Shown here piece by piece: positions 21,122 through 29,367 of a stretch of 64,000 bases of DNA. Source of the stretch: Fidelibacterota bacterium UBA2242 (GTDB lineage: Bacteria > Fidelibacterota > UBA2242); assembly GCA_002347855.1 (NCBI GenBank), contig DDYE01000017.1, positions 271,685 to 335,684 of the forward strand, read 5' to 3'. The stretch's first letter is position 1. The number at the start of each line of letters is the position of its first letter. Below the pieces are notes generated by a model, which was not told the origin of the DNA, did not search any database, and was given only the letters and a program-made list of their open reading frames with translations. The position numbers were made by a program, and so were the translations under genes.

Positions 21122-21868
21122 ATGGGGGCAATTTGGTCACTGGTAAAAAATGATTTGCGTCTGAATATCAAGCAAATTATCTGGGGTATAATTATCGGAA
21201 TTTTGGGTACAGCTATTTTTTATTTAACCTTTGCTGAAGGGATGAACCTGTTATTGCCTCGCATCGAATATATTGATATCAAACTATATTTCGCTGCCAG
21301 TTTAATTATACTCACCGTCTGCGTGATGGCATTGATAGTTGCGCAAGCCGGCACTGCCCGCCAATTTTTCAGCGGGCAAATGGCAAACCTGCGTGCCGCA
21401 AATATCTCGGTGAGTAAGATATATGTCGGTAAGTCACTCGTCTATTTCTGCGAATCCCTTATCTATCTGGTTTTTATCACAGTTGAAATACTAATCATTA
21501 CAGGTATACATCTTTCTTGCGGGCGCTTACTTTTATTCTGGCTATTTTTGATTTTTGGAATTTACCTTGCCGTTCAGGTCGGGATGCTATTAGGAATGAT
21601 GACCAATTTGCGGTTTCAGTGGCTGATTCTTTTTCTGTTAATTTTGCCTTTGCTTTTTCTATCTGGTTTCATTGTCCCAACTCATTACTGGAATAGCACT
21701 CTTGCGTTCGTGATTTCCATCCTTCCCACAACCTGTTTAATTGAGAACGGAAGGTCAATTGGGGCTCGTCAACCTATTAATCCTTTCGGGTTGATTTATT
21801 TACTTACCCTCAATGTCGTCTTTGTTTTCGGTGGGGTATTTTTATTTAAAAGGAAATTGATGCGATGA
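21122..21868 (+). CDS. ABC-2 type transporter permease
   Basis: 248 aa with about six TM helices, immediately after the ATPase gene. Confidence 0.75.
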   Translation: MGAIWSLVKNDLRLNIKQIIWGIIIGILGTAIFYLTFAEGMNLLLPRIEYIDIKLYFAASLIILTVCVMALIVAQAGTARQFFSGQMANLRAANISVSKIYVGKSLVYFCESLIYLVFITVEILIITGIHLSCGRLLLFWLFLIFGIYLAVQVGMLLGMMTNLRFQWLILFLLILPLLFLSGFIVPTHYWNSTLAFVISILPTTCLIENGRSIGARQPINPFGLIYLLTLNVVFVFGGVFLFKRKLMR

Positions 21869-22329
21869 GAGCCTATTTAGCCGGTGCAATTGAGCATTCT
21901 CCCGACCGTGGCAAAGCCTGGCGCGATGAGATGAATTTTTTTCTGCAGGAACAGTTACACCATTCCTGTTATAATCCTCTTATTGAAGAGTCAAAATATT
22001 TGAGTTTAGAAGAGCTCGCCACTTTTCGCAGTTATAAAGCCACGGATATAGAGCTTTTCCGTTCCTTAGTGCGTCGTCTGATTGATGGGGATTTAAATGC
22101 CTTGAATTCAAATATTGATTATGTCATCTGCTACTGGGATAAATATGCTATCAAAGGCGGCGGTACTTACGGCGAATTGACTTTTGCTTATTGGAAGAAA
22201 ATCCCGGTATATATGGTCACAGACCTGCCTCTGGCGACTATCAGCAGCTGGATTTTAGGCTGCACGACGCAAATCTTTTCGACCCTGGATGATTTAAAAG
22301 ACTTTTTGTTGAAGAAATATAAAAACTGA
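21865..22329 (+). CDS. Nucleoside 2-deoxyribosyltransferase-fold protein (function unknown)
   Basis: MRAYLAGAIE... N-terminus, then DYVICYW...GGGTYGELTFAYWKKIPVYMV, resembling the NDT/YtoQ-like Rossmann pattern. ATGA overlap with the permease gene. Confidence 0.5.
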   Translation: MRAYLAGAIEHSPDRGKAWRDEMNFFLQEQLHHSCYNPLIEESKYLSLEELATFRSYKATDIELFRSLVRRLIDGDLNALNSNIDYVICYWDKYAIKGGGTYGELTFAYWKKIPVYMVTDLPLATISSWILGCTTQIFSTLDDLKDFLLKKYKN

Positions 22330-22343
22330 CCTTTTATTCCAAC

Positions 22344-23465
22344 ATGCCTACAATTCCCAATTACACTGTAGCTGAAATTAACTTAACCAATCTGCTGGAG
22401 AATTATCGCCTTATTCGTCAGCGGGTGGCGCCAGCAGAAGTGATGGCAGTTATCAAAGCCAATGCCTATGGGCACGGTGCGGTAGTGGTGGGGAAGACGC
22501 TGGCGGCAGCGGGCGCCAAATATTTTGCCGTCGCGCGTTTAAGCGAAGCGCTGGAATTAATCGAATCAGGATTAAATGGCACGATTTTGCTATTTGGTAG
22601 CCTTTTCCCCGACGAAATGGAAATTGCTCTAAAGTATGGCTGCCGCATAACGATAACCTGTCCCGAAGATATTCACCTTGTTAAGCAAATAGCCGGTCGG
22701 CTGGACATGACCGCGCAAGTGCATATTAAAGTTGATACCGGAATGGGACGGGTTGGTTTACTATGGGATTCGGCGCTGGAACACATAAAAACAGTTAGTA
22801 CTCAACCGGAACTTTTTATTGAAGGCATTTATACCCATTTTGCCACCGCTGATATGCGCGATAAAAGTTATGTGCACATCCAGCTTCAACGCTTTCAACA
22901 ATTGCTTACTGCTATCGAGCAGGCAGGCATTCGCGTCCCCTATTATCATGCTGCCAATAGTGGCGCCATTTTAGATTTACCGGAAGCCTATTTTAATATG
23001 GTACGACCAGGTATTGCGCTATATGGCCATTATCCCACGACCGATACCACCGAATCACTACCATTACGTCCGGTTATGACGCTACGTACGGTTGTCGCTC
23101 AGGTGAGGAAATTACCCGCCGGAGTGAGTATAAGTTATGGGCAGCGTTATTTTACCCGGCATGAGACAGCCATTGCCGTACTGCCCATTGGCTATGCGGA
23201 CGGCGTTTTCCGTAGTTTTAGCAACACGGGCAAGGTTATGATAAAAGGCAAATTCTATCCGATTGTCGGTACCGTGACGATGGATCAAATTATGGTGGAA
23301 ATCGGGGAAGATAATGTTCAGGTTGGAGATAAAGCATTTTTCTGGGGCGAGACTCCAGATGGAACTATCTCTGCCACGCAAGTTGCTGCTCAAATTGGGA
23401 CAATTGCATACGAACTCTGTTGTGCGGTTTCGCGCCGCGTACCGCGCATTTATCTCAATAAATAG
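22344..23465 (+). CDS. alr: Alanine racemase
   Basis: VIKANAYGHGA is the PLP-lysine motif, and the C-terminal beta domain contains SYGQRY and VTMDQIMV. Confidence 0.92.
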   Translation: MPTIPNYTVAEINLTNLLENYRLIRQRVAPAEVMAVIKANAYGHGAVVVGKTLAAAGAKYFAVARLSEALELIESGLNGTILLFGSLFPDEMEIALKYGCRITITCPEDIHLVKQIAGRLDMTAQVHIKVDTGMGRVGLLWDSALEHIKTVSTQPELFIEGIYTHFATADMRDKSYVHIQLQRFQQLLTAIEQAGIRVPYYHAANSGAILDLPEAYFNMVRPGIALYGHYPTTDTTESLPLRPVMTLRTVVAQVRKLPAGVSISYGQRYFTRHETAIAVLPIGYADGVFRSFSNTGKVMIKGKFYPIVGTVTMDQIMVEIGEDNVQVGDKAFFWGETPDGTISATQVAAQIGTIAYELCCAVSRRVPRIYLNK

Positions 23466-23474
23466 TCAATTGGA

Positions 23475-24143
23475 TTAGCCCAGGATTTCCCGCAAATCAG
23501 CAAATTTATCAATTAAAAAATCAGGATTTAAAACAGCTAACTCGGTAGCTGTGCGCATACCATAAGAAACCAGGCAGACTGGCATTTCTATTTGGCGGGC
23601 GGCAATGAGGTCTTTTTCGCTGTCGCCGACAAACAAAGCCTGATGTGACGGACAATCAAATTGCTGCAAAATAAATTTTAGTGGTTCGGGATTAGGTTTC
23701 CGCGTCGTCAGGGAATCGCCACCGAGAATGCAATCAAAATAGGAAGTCATTTTAAAGTGGTCTAAAATGCGGCGTGTGAAGTAGTAGGCTTTATTAGAAA
23801 TAACCGAAAGCCGGTAGTCATTAAGTACCGCTAAAGTAGCGGTGACTCCGGGATAGGGATGAGTGGTGCGTAATAGATTACGGTCATAAATCGTCCGGTA
23901 CTTTTTAACAGCCTGGCTGAGCAACTGTTGGTCGCAGCTCTTTTCGCTTGAAGCATATTCAATTGCGCGCCGTACCAGTGTCTCAATGCCATCACCAATA
24001 AAGCCTGCGACAACGGTGTATTCAATTGGTTCGAACCCGAAAAAGGCTAAAGTCTGATTGGTTGAAATGACGATATCCGGAGCGGTGTTACAAAGCGTCC
24101 CGTCCAGGTCAAATAATACAGTTTTAAAATTGTATTTCATCAC
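23475..24143 (-). CDS. HAD-IA hydrolase, phosphoglycolate-phosphatase-like
   Basis: LFDLDGTL (motif I), SNK (motif II), KPNPEP, VGDSEKD (motif IV). Confidence 0.8.
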   Translation of the reverse strand: MMKYNFKTVLFDLDGTLCNTAPDIVISTNQTLAFFGFEPIEYTVVAGFIGDGIETLVRRAIEYASSEKSCDQQLLSQAVKKYRTIYDRNLLRTTHPYPGVTATLAVLNDYRLSVISNKAYYFTRRILDHFKMTSYFDCILGGDSLTTRKPNPEPLKFILQQFDCPSHQALFVGDSEKDLIAARQIEMPVCLVSYGMRTATELAVLNPDFLIDKFADLREILG

Positions 24144-24353
24144 CTAAAATATAGATGAAGCCCGGCAATATCAAAATCGTTTTTTCAGAGTTTTTGATTT
24201 ATGGCAAGGTAAAATCTTTCCCGATTGTAAAAATATTTGTAAAAATTAGTATGGCAATGCTAAACTTGGCTTGATTTGAATTGCTAAGGTTTAGCGGGAA
24301 AATAGATTTGAAAATCTTCTTTAGTAAAGTAAATTTAACGGCTTTTTGAAAGG

Positions 24354-25040
24354 ATGAAGATGGGTATCGTAATTGCAATTGATGGTCCCGCCGGTGCTGG
24401 TAAAAGTTCTACCGCCCGAGAAGTCGCACGCCGGCTTGGTTTTACTTATGTGGATACCGGGGCAATGTATCGGGCTGTGACCTACCTTGTCCTGCAAAAT
24501 AAGGTGGATGTGCGTGATGAACAGGCGGTCATTCAGTTAGCTGCTCAAGCCGATATTCAATTTCAATGGCAGGCAGGTGAACTTCATACTTATTTAAATG
24601 GCAAAGATGTTAGTCGAGAAATTCGCTCAGCAGAAGTCGCCAATCTGGTCAGTCCTATCAGTGCCATAGGGGGTGTACGGGAGATAATGGTTGAACGGCA
24701 GCGCGAAATGGGTCGCTCAAGTAATATTGTTATGGAGGGGCGTGACATTGGTACACGTGTTTTTCCTGGCGCTGAATTTAAAATATATCTCGATGCAGAT
24801 GTTGCTACACGCGCTAAACGCCGCCTGAAGGACTATGAACAAATAGGTCAAGCCATCCCGCTGGAGCAAATTATGGCCGAAATCAAGCATCGTGACGAAA
24901 TTGATTCTTCACGTCAGCATTCACCACTCAAGCAAGCCGCGGATGCCATCGTGATTGATACGAGTAATTTGAGTTTTGAAGAACAAGTTGCTAAGATAAT
25001 TGCCTTAATAAGGCAGAAATATCCCGATAATAAGGATTAA
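24354..25040 (+). CDS. cmk: (d)CMP kinase
   Basis: IAIDGPAGAGKSSTAREVARRLGFTYVDTGAMYRA, and GRDIGT. An alternative ATG lies at 24360. Confidence 0.92.
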   Translation: MKMGIVIAIDGPAGAGKSSTAREVARRLGFTYVDTGAMYRAVTYLVLQNKVDVRDEQAVIQLAAQADIQFQWQAGELHTYLNGKDVSREIRSAEVANLVSPISAIGGVREIMVERQREMGRSSNIVMEGRDIGTRVFPGAEFKIYLDADVATRAKRRLKDYEQIGQAIPLEQIMAEIKHRDEIDSSRQHSPLKQAADAIVIDTSNLSFEEQVAKIIALIRQKYPDNKD

Positions 25041-25089
25041 GAGGTCTTGATCCGAGTAAACCCTAAACCCTAAACCAAAGGAAACTTGA

Positions 25090-27240
25090 ATGTTGGAAGA
25101 TGAACAGATGTTGAACCCTAAACCCTCTGAGGAGACAGAGGTTAATCCTGCTGAAAATCCCGAATCGACTTCTCCAGCCGTCGCGGATGACAGCGCTATC
25201 TCCGTCAATTTCAACACCGAAATTGTTGTCACTGGACCATTGACCGAGAGTGTCAGGGTAATTGATTTGAAAGATTTGGGCTCCTTGCCGGAGAGCCACG
25301 AGAAAGAAATTGAGGAGCAGAATCAGCTCTATCGAACAGCTTTAAAAGATGTTGCTAAGGATCAGCGTATTCTCGGCACCGTCGTCGCCATTAGTGAAAA
25401 TGAAATCATGGTTGATGTCGGTTTCAAGTCGGAAGGCGTTGTTTTGCGGGAAGAATTTGCCGAAGGAGAACTTCCCAAGATTGGTGATCAAATCGAGGTC
25501 TTTGTTGAAGTATTAGAAAATGAGAATGGACAAATGATTCTATCCAAACGCAAAGCCGACTTTATGCGCGTTTGGGAAAGAATTCGGGAGATTTATAACT
25601 CAGGGCAAATCATTGAAGGAAAAATTACTAGCCGTATCAAAGGCGGGATGGTCGTTGATGTCATGGGCATTGACGCTTTTTTACCAGGGTCACAAATTGA
25701 TATCCGACCGGTCAATGATTTCGATTCCTATGTCGGCAAAACCTTTGAATTTCGCATTGTCAAACTCAATGAGCTTCGTAAAAATATAGTCCTGAGTCGC
25801 AAGGAATTGCTGGAAGAAGCCATGAAAGGCAAACGCGACGATCTCCTCTCCCGCATTAAAGTTGGTGATGTCCTCACCGGACGGGTCAAAAATATTACTG
25901 ACTTCGGAGTATTTATCGACCTGGGCGGCTTAGACGGCTTACTCCACATTACCGATATTTCCTGGGGACGAATAAATCATCCCCGCGAGGTGGTGAGTCT
26001 TGATCAAGAACTGACGGTAAAGGTCATTGATTACGACCCGGAAAAGCAGCGCGTTTCGCTTGGTCTTAAGCAGCTCACGCCTCATCCGTGGGAAGGCATT
26101 GAGCAGAAATATCCCGTTGATTCAATTGTCAAGGGGAAGGTTGTTAACATTGCTAATTACGGCGTCTTTGTCGAATTAGAGAAAGGTGTCGAAGGGCTGA
26201 TTCATATTTCTGAAATCTCCTGGACTCAGCATATTAAACATCCTTCCGAAGTATTTTCGATTGGTGATGTCATCGAAGCCAAAGTTCTGGGCATTGATAG
26301 CACCGAAAGGAAAATTTCTTTGGGCTATAAACAGCTTGAGCCCGACCCATGGGACGCTATTGAACAGAATTTCAAAGTTGGCTCAATTCACAAAGGTGTC
26401 GTTCGCAACCTGACCTCCTATGGTGCTTTCGTTGAACTGCAGGAGGGTATCGACGGATTTGTGCATATTTCGGATATGTCTTGGACTAAGAAACTGCGCC
26501 ATCCGCGGGAGATGCTGAAGAAAGACCAGGAAGTTCAGGTCAAAGTGCTGGAAATCTCCAAAGAGAATCGCAAGATTAACCTCGGTATTAAACAAATTGA
26601 AGAAGATCCCTGGCCAATGATCGAAACTCTGTTCAGCGTCGATTCAATTGTCGAAGGTGAAGTCGTCAAGATTGCCGAAAAATTCATCGTGGTGAATCTG
26701 GAACATGACTTGGAAGGTATAGTTCCATTAGGACAAATGCCTAAGAAAGACCGCAAAGACCTCAGCAAAGCTGTCAAAGTCGGCGACAAAATGCAGCTCA
26801 AAGTGCTGGAAGTCAATCGCCATGAGAAAAAAATTGTCCTCTCGCGCGAACAAGCCATGCCCAAAGAGCCAAAGACTGAGGTTGAGGCTTTTATAATGCA
26901 GCAACCGCAACCGACCGACAAAATCGAAATTCCTACTGAGGTTATTGAAATGATTGCCCAGACGGAAACAGCCGCCCCCCCTACTGAATCCGAAACCGCT
27001 GAAGCTGCTCCGAAAAAGGCAAAGGCAAAAACTAAAAAAGCAAAAGAAGAGCCGGCACCTGAACCTGAAACTACAGAGAAACCTGCTAAGGCAACCAAAA
27101 CTACCAAGAAAAGTAGTAAAGCGACAACCGATGAAGAAAAAACCGAGAAGGCGGCTAAAACTGCTAAGAAAACTACCAGGTCTAAAACTAAAGTCGCTGA
27201 AGAATCTGCAGAATCAACTCCTGAGTCAGAACAATCTTAG
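25090..27240 (+). CDS. rpsA: 30S ribosomal protein S1 (six S1 domains, long basic low-complexity C-terminal tail)
   Basis: Repeated S1 domains of the form G.V..I...G.FV.L..G..GL.H.S. 716 aa. The tail contains APKKAKAKTKKAKEE...KTAKKTTRSKTK. Confidence 0.92.
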   Translation: MLEDEQMLNPKPSEETEVNPAENPESTSPAVADDSAISVNFNTEIVVTGPLTESVRVIDLKDLGSLPESHEKEIEEQNQLYRTALKDVAKDQRILGTVVAISENEIMVDVGFKSEGVVLREEFAEGELPKIGDQIEVFVEVLENENGQMILSKRKADFMRVWERIREIYNSGQIIEGKITSRIKGGMVVDVMGIDAFLPGSQIDIRPVNDFDSYVGKTFEFRIVKLNELRKNIVLSRKELLEEAMKGKRDDLLSRIKVGDVLTGRVKNITDFGVFIDLGGLDGLLHITDISWGRINHPREVVSLDQELTVKVIDYDPEKQRVSLGLKQLTPHPWEGIEQKYPVDSIVKGKVVNIANYGVFVELEKGVEGLIHISEISWTQHIKHPSEVFSIGDVIEAKVLGIDSTERKISLGYKQLEPDPWDAIEQNFKVGSIHKGVVRNLTSYGAFVELQEGIDGFVHISDMSWTKKLRHPREMLKKDQEVQVKVLEISKENRKINLGIKQIEEDPWPMIETLFSVDSIVEGEVVKIAEKFIVVNLEHDLEGIVPLGQMPKKDRKDLSKAVKVGDKMQLKVLEVNRHEKKIVLSREQAMPKEPKTEVEAFIMQQPQPTDKIEIPTEVIEMIAQTETAAPPTESETAEAAPKKAKAKTKKAKEEPAPEPETTEKPAKATKTTKKSSKATTDEEKTEKAAKTAKKTTRSKTKVAEESAESTPESEQS

Positions 27241-27269
27241 TAGGATTAGATTGAAAGCGTATTTTAAAT

Positions 27270-27308
27270 GCATGGGGTTTGTTTTTCAGCAAGCCCCATG
27301 CTTATTTT
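27270..27308 (+). terminator. Intrinsic terminator after rpsA
   Basis: GCATGGGGTTTG (27270-27281) pairs with CAAGCCCCATGC (27290-27301), 12 bp with one G-T pair, followed by TTATTTT. Confidence 0.8.
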
Positions 27309-27419
27309 CAAAGTGTTATGCCGTTCAAATTAAGTGAAAGACAGCGCGCCTACAGTAAGAATTTAAAACTCAGTATCATTTTTCGGCGCATACAACTGTG
27401 GTGTAAGACTAATACTCAG

Positions 27420-28352
27420 ATGAAAATCTGGGTTTTCATCTTTACGATGATACTCTGGTTTTTCGTCGTGCTCAATAACCGTTACTCTTATACTTTCAAT
27501 GGAAAACTTGAAGTGCGCAATATCTCGGCAGGTAAAGTTCTTAAATCCCGCCTTCCGACGCGGGTGCAAGCCAATTTTTCCGGAAAGGGACTTGACCTTT
27601 TCATTCTATTATTTTCGCAACGCAGTGGACTGAAATTTATTGTTGACCTTGAAACCATCAAATGGCGGTATGATTTCCTGCTTGAAGATTATTTCCGTAA
27701 AAACAGTGAAAATGTCATCGTTCCGCGTGGTCTGGATGTCAGGCTGGAGCATATTGTCTGGCCAGAAAGTTTAAGGGTCGAATTGGATGTTGTGGGACAA
27801 GTTAGGTTTCCCGTTCAGGCTGATGTAGAATTGAATCTCGCCCCCGGTTATGTTTTGATAGACGCACCGGTAATAACTCCCGATAGCGTAAACGTATCTG
27901 GTCCTCAATCGGCTCTTCAGCAAATAGCAGTTATTCGCACTAAAAAAATGGCCTTTCGGAATGTTACCGCTTCAATCTCACGGGAAATAGAACTCCTTGT
28001 GCCTGAACTGGATAACTTGAAACTGGAAGTGCGCAAGATCCGTTTTCAACAAGAGGTTGACCAACTAAGTGAGCGTACCATCAATAATATCCCTGTCATA
28101 ATCACAGGCACTTCGCCAGGTATTAAAGTCGAAATAATCCCCTCGACAGTTGCGCTTACCGTGACCGGCGGACTTTCCGTTCTCAGGAAACTCAAACCGG
28201 AAGATATCAGCCTGACATTCGATATAATTAAAGACTGGAAAGGCAGCGAAGCGTTCTATACTCCTCATATCACTTTGCCTGCTGGAGTAATTTCCTATTC
28301 TCATCTAACACCCGAAAAAATCGAAGTTCGCATCATCCGCGAAAGATTTTAA
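27420..28352 (+). CDS. YbbR-domain protein (CdaR-like)
   Basis: N-terminal TM helix (MKIWVFIFTMILWFFVVL) followed by repeated YbbR-like beta modules. The start is moved to ATG 27420 because the tracked 27279 start lies inside the rpsA terminator. Confidence 0.7.
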   Translation: MKIWVFIFTMILWFFVVLNNRYSYTFNGKLEVRNISAGKVLKSRLPTRVQANFSGKGLDLFILLFSQRSGLKFIVDLETIKWRYDFLLEDYFRKNSENVIVPRGLDVRLEHIVWPESLRVELDVVGQVRFPVQADVELNLAPGYVLIDAPVITPDSVNVSGPQSALQQIAVIRTKKMAFRNVTASISREIELLVPELDNLKLEVRKIRFQQEVDQLSERTINNIPVIITGTSPGIKVEIIPSTVALTVTGGLSVLRKLKPEDISLTFDIIKDWKGSEAFYTPHITLPAGVISYSHLTPEKIEVRIIRERF

Positions 28353-28353
28353 C

Positions 28354-29367
28354 ATGTATATCCTTGGCATTGAAACCTCTTGCGATGAAACCAGTGTCGC
28401 AATTCTCCAGGATAATGAGGTCTTGACAAATCTCGTTGCTACCCAGTATTTTCATCAAAAATTCGGCGGGGTTGTGCCGGAATATGCTTCCCGGGAGCAT
28501 TTGCGCATCATTTCCGGGATGGTTGAACAAGCCCTTGTTGAAACTCATCTGAATATCCAGCTGATTGATGCCATAGCAGTAACTTACGGACCGGGATTGA
28601 TGGGAGCATTATTAGTCGGTCTTCATTTTGCCAAAGGATTAGCCTTTGCAACGGGGAAGCCACTCCTTGCCGTGAATCATGTTGAGGGGCATATAGTAGC
28701 AAATTTCCTCGAAATGCAGGGATTGCAATATCCGTTTTTGTGCCTTTTAGTCTCGGGTGGGCATACTCAGATTATCAATGTCCTCGATTTCGGGCATTAT
28801 AAGATTTATGGACGTAGTATAGACGATGCTGCCGGAGAAGCCTTTGACAAAGCTGCTCGAATTCTGGGATTATCTTTTCCCGGTGGTCCTCAGATTGATA
28901 AATTAGCTCAAAATGGTAATCCATCTTTCTATTATTTCCCCCGTGCACATGTAAGAAGTGATAGCGCGGATTTCAGTTTTAGTGGCTTGAAAACTGCCTT
29001 GCTTTATCTCGTCCGTAAACATGATACCAATTGGGTGCAAGAACATCTAACAGATTTGTGCGCATCATACCAGGAATCAATCGTCGATGTCCTCAAAACG
29101 AATACTTTTTCTGTCGCTGAGAAAATCCACGCGCGCCGATTAGTTCTGGCTGGTGGTGTGGCAGCCAATTCTCGTCTGCGAACTGTATTTCGTCAGACTG
29201 CAATGGCTTACGGTATTCAATTATTCTTTCCACCACTCAAATATTGCACCGATAATGCCGCCATGATCGCTAGAACAGGTTACGAAATGTTCCAACGCCA
29301 GATGTTTGCGCCACTTGCAGTGACCGCCGTCCCAAATCTGCGTATTCCAGAAAAAACTGATGACTAA
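28354..29367 (+). CDS. tsaD: tRNA N6-adenosine threonylcarbamoyltransferase TsaD
   Basis: ILGIETSCDETSVAI, HVEGHI, LLVSGGHT, SFSGLKT, LAGGVAAN. Confidence 0.95.
   Translation: MYILGIETSCDETSVAILQDNEVLTNLVATQYFHQKFGGVVPEYASREHLRIISGMVEQALVETHLNIQLIDAIAVTYGPGLMGALLVGLHFAKGLAFATGKPLLAVNHVEGHIVANFLEMQGLQYPFLCLLVSGGHTQIINVLDFGHYKIYGRSIDDAAGEAFDKAARILGLSFPGGPQIDKLAQNGNPSFYYFPRAHVRSDSADFSFSGLKTALLYLVRKHDTNWVQEHLTDLCASYQESIVDVLKTNTFSVAEKIHARRLVLAGGVAANSRLRTVFRQTAMAYGIQLFFPPLKYCTDNAAMIARTGYEMFQRQMFAPLAVTAVPNLRIPEKTDD

Noticed and set aside
25057-25076. Telomere-like CCCTAAA repeats
   Set aside because: There are only about 2.5 copies, inside a bacterial intergenic region, so this is not a telomere or an array. 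It is kept only as a possible rpsA leader motif.
26535-27337. 190-aa minus-strand and 127-aa plus-strand ORFs overlapping the rpsA 3' end
   Set aside because: Both are by-products of the repetitive Lys/Ala/Glu-coding low-complexity DNA of the S1 tail. The plus-frame ORF also runs through the rpsA terminator.
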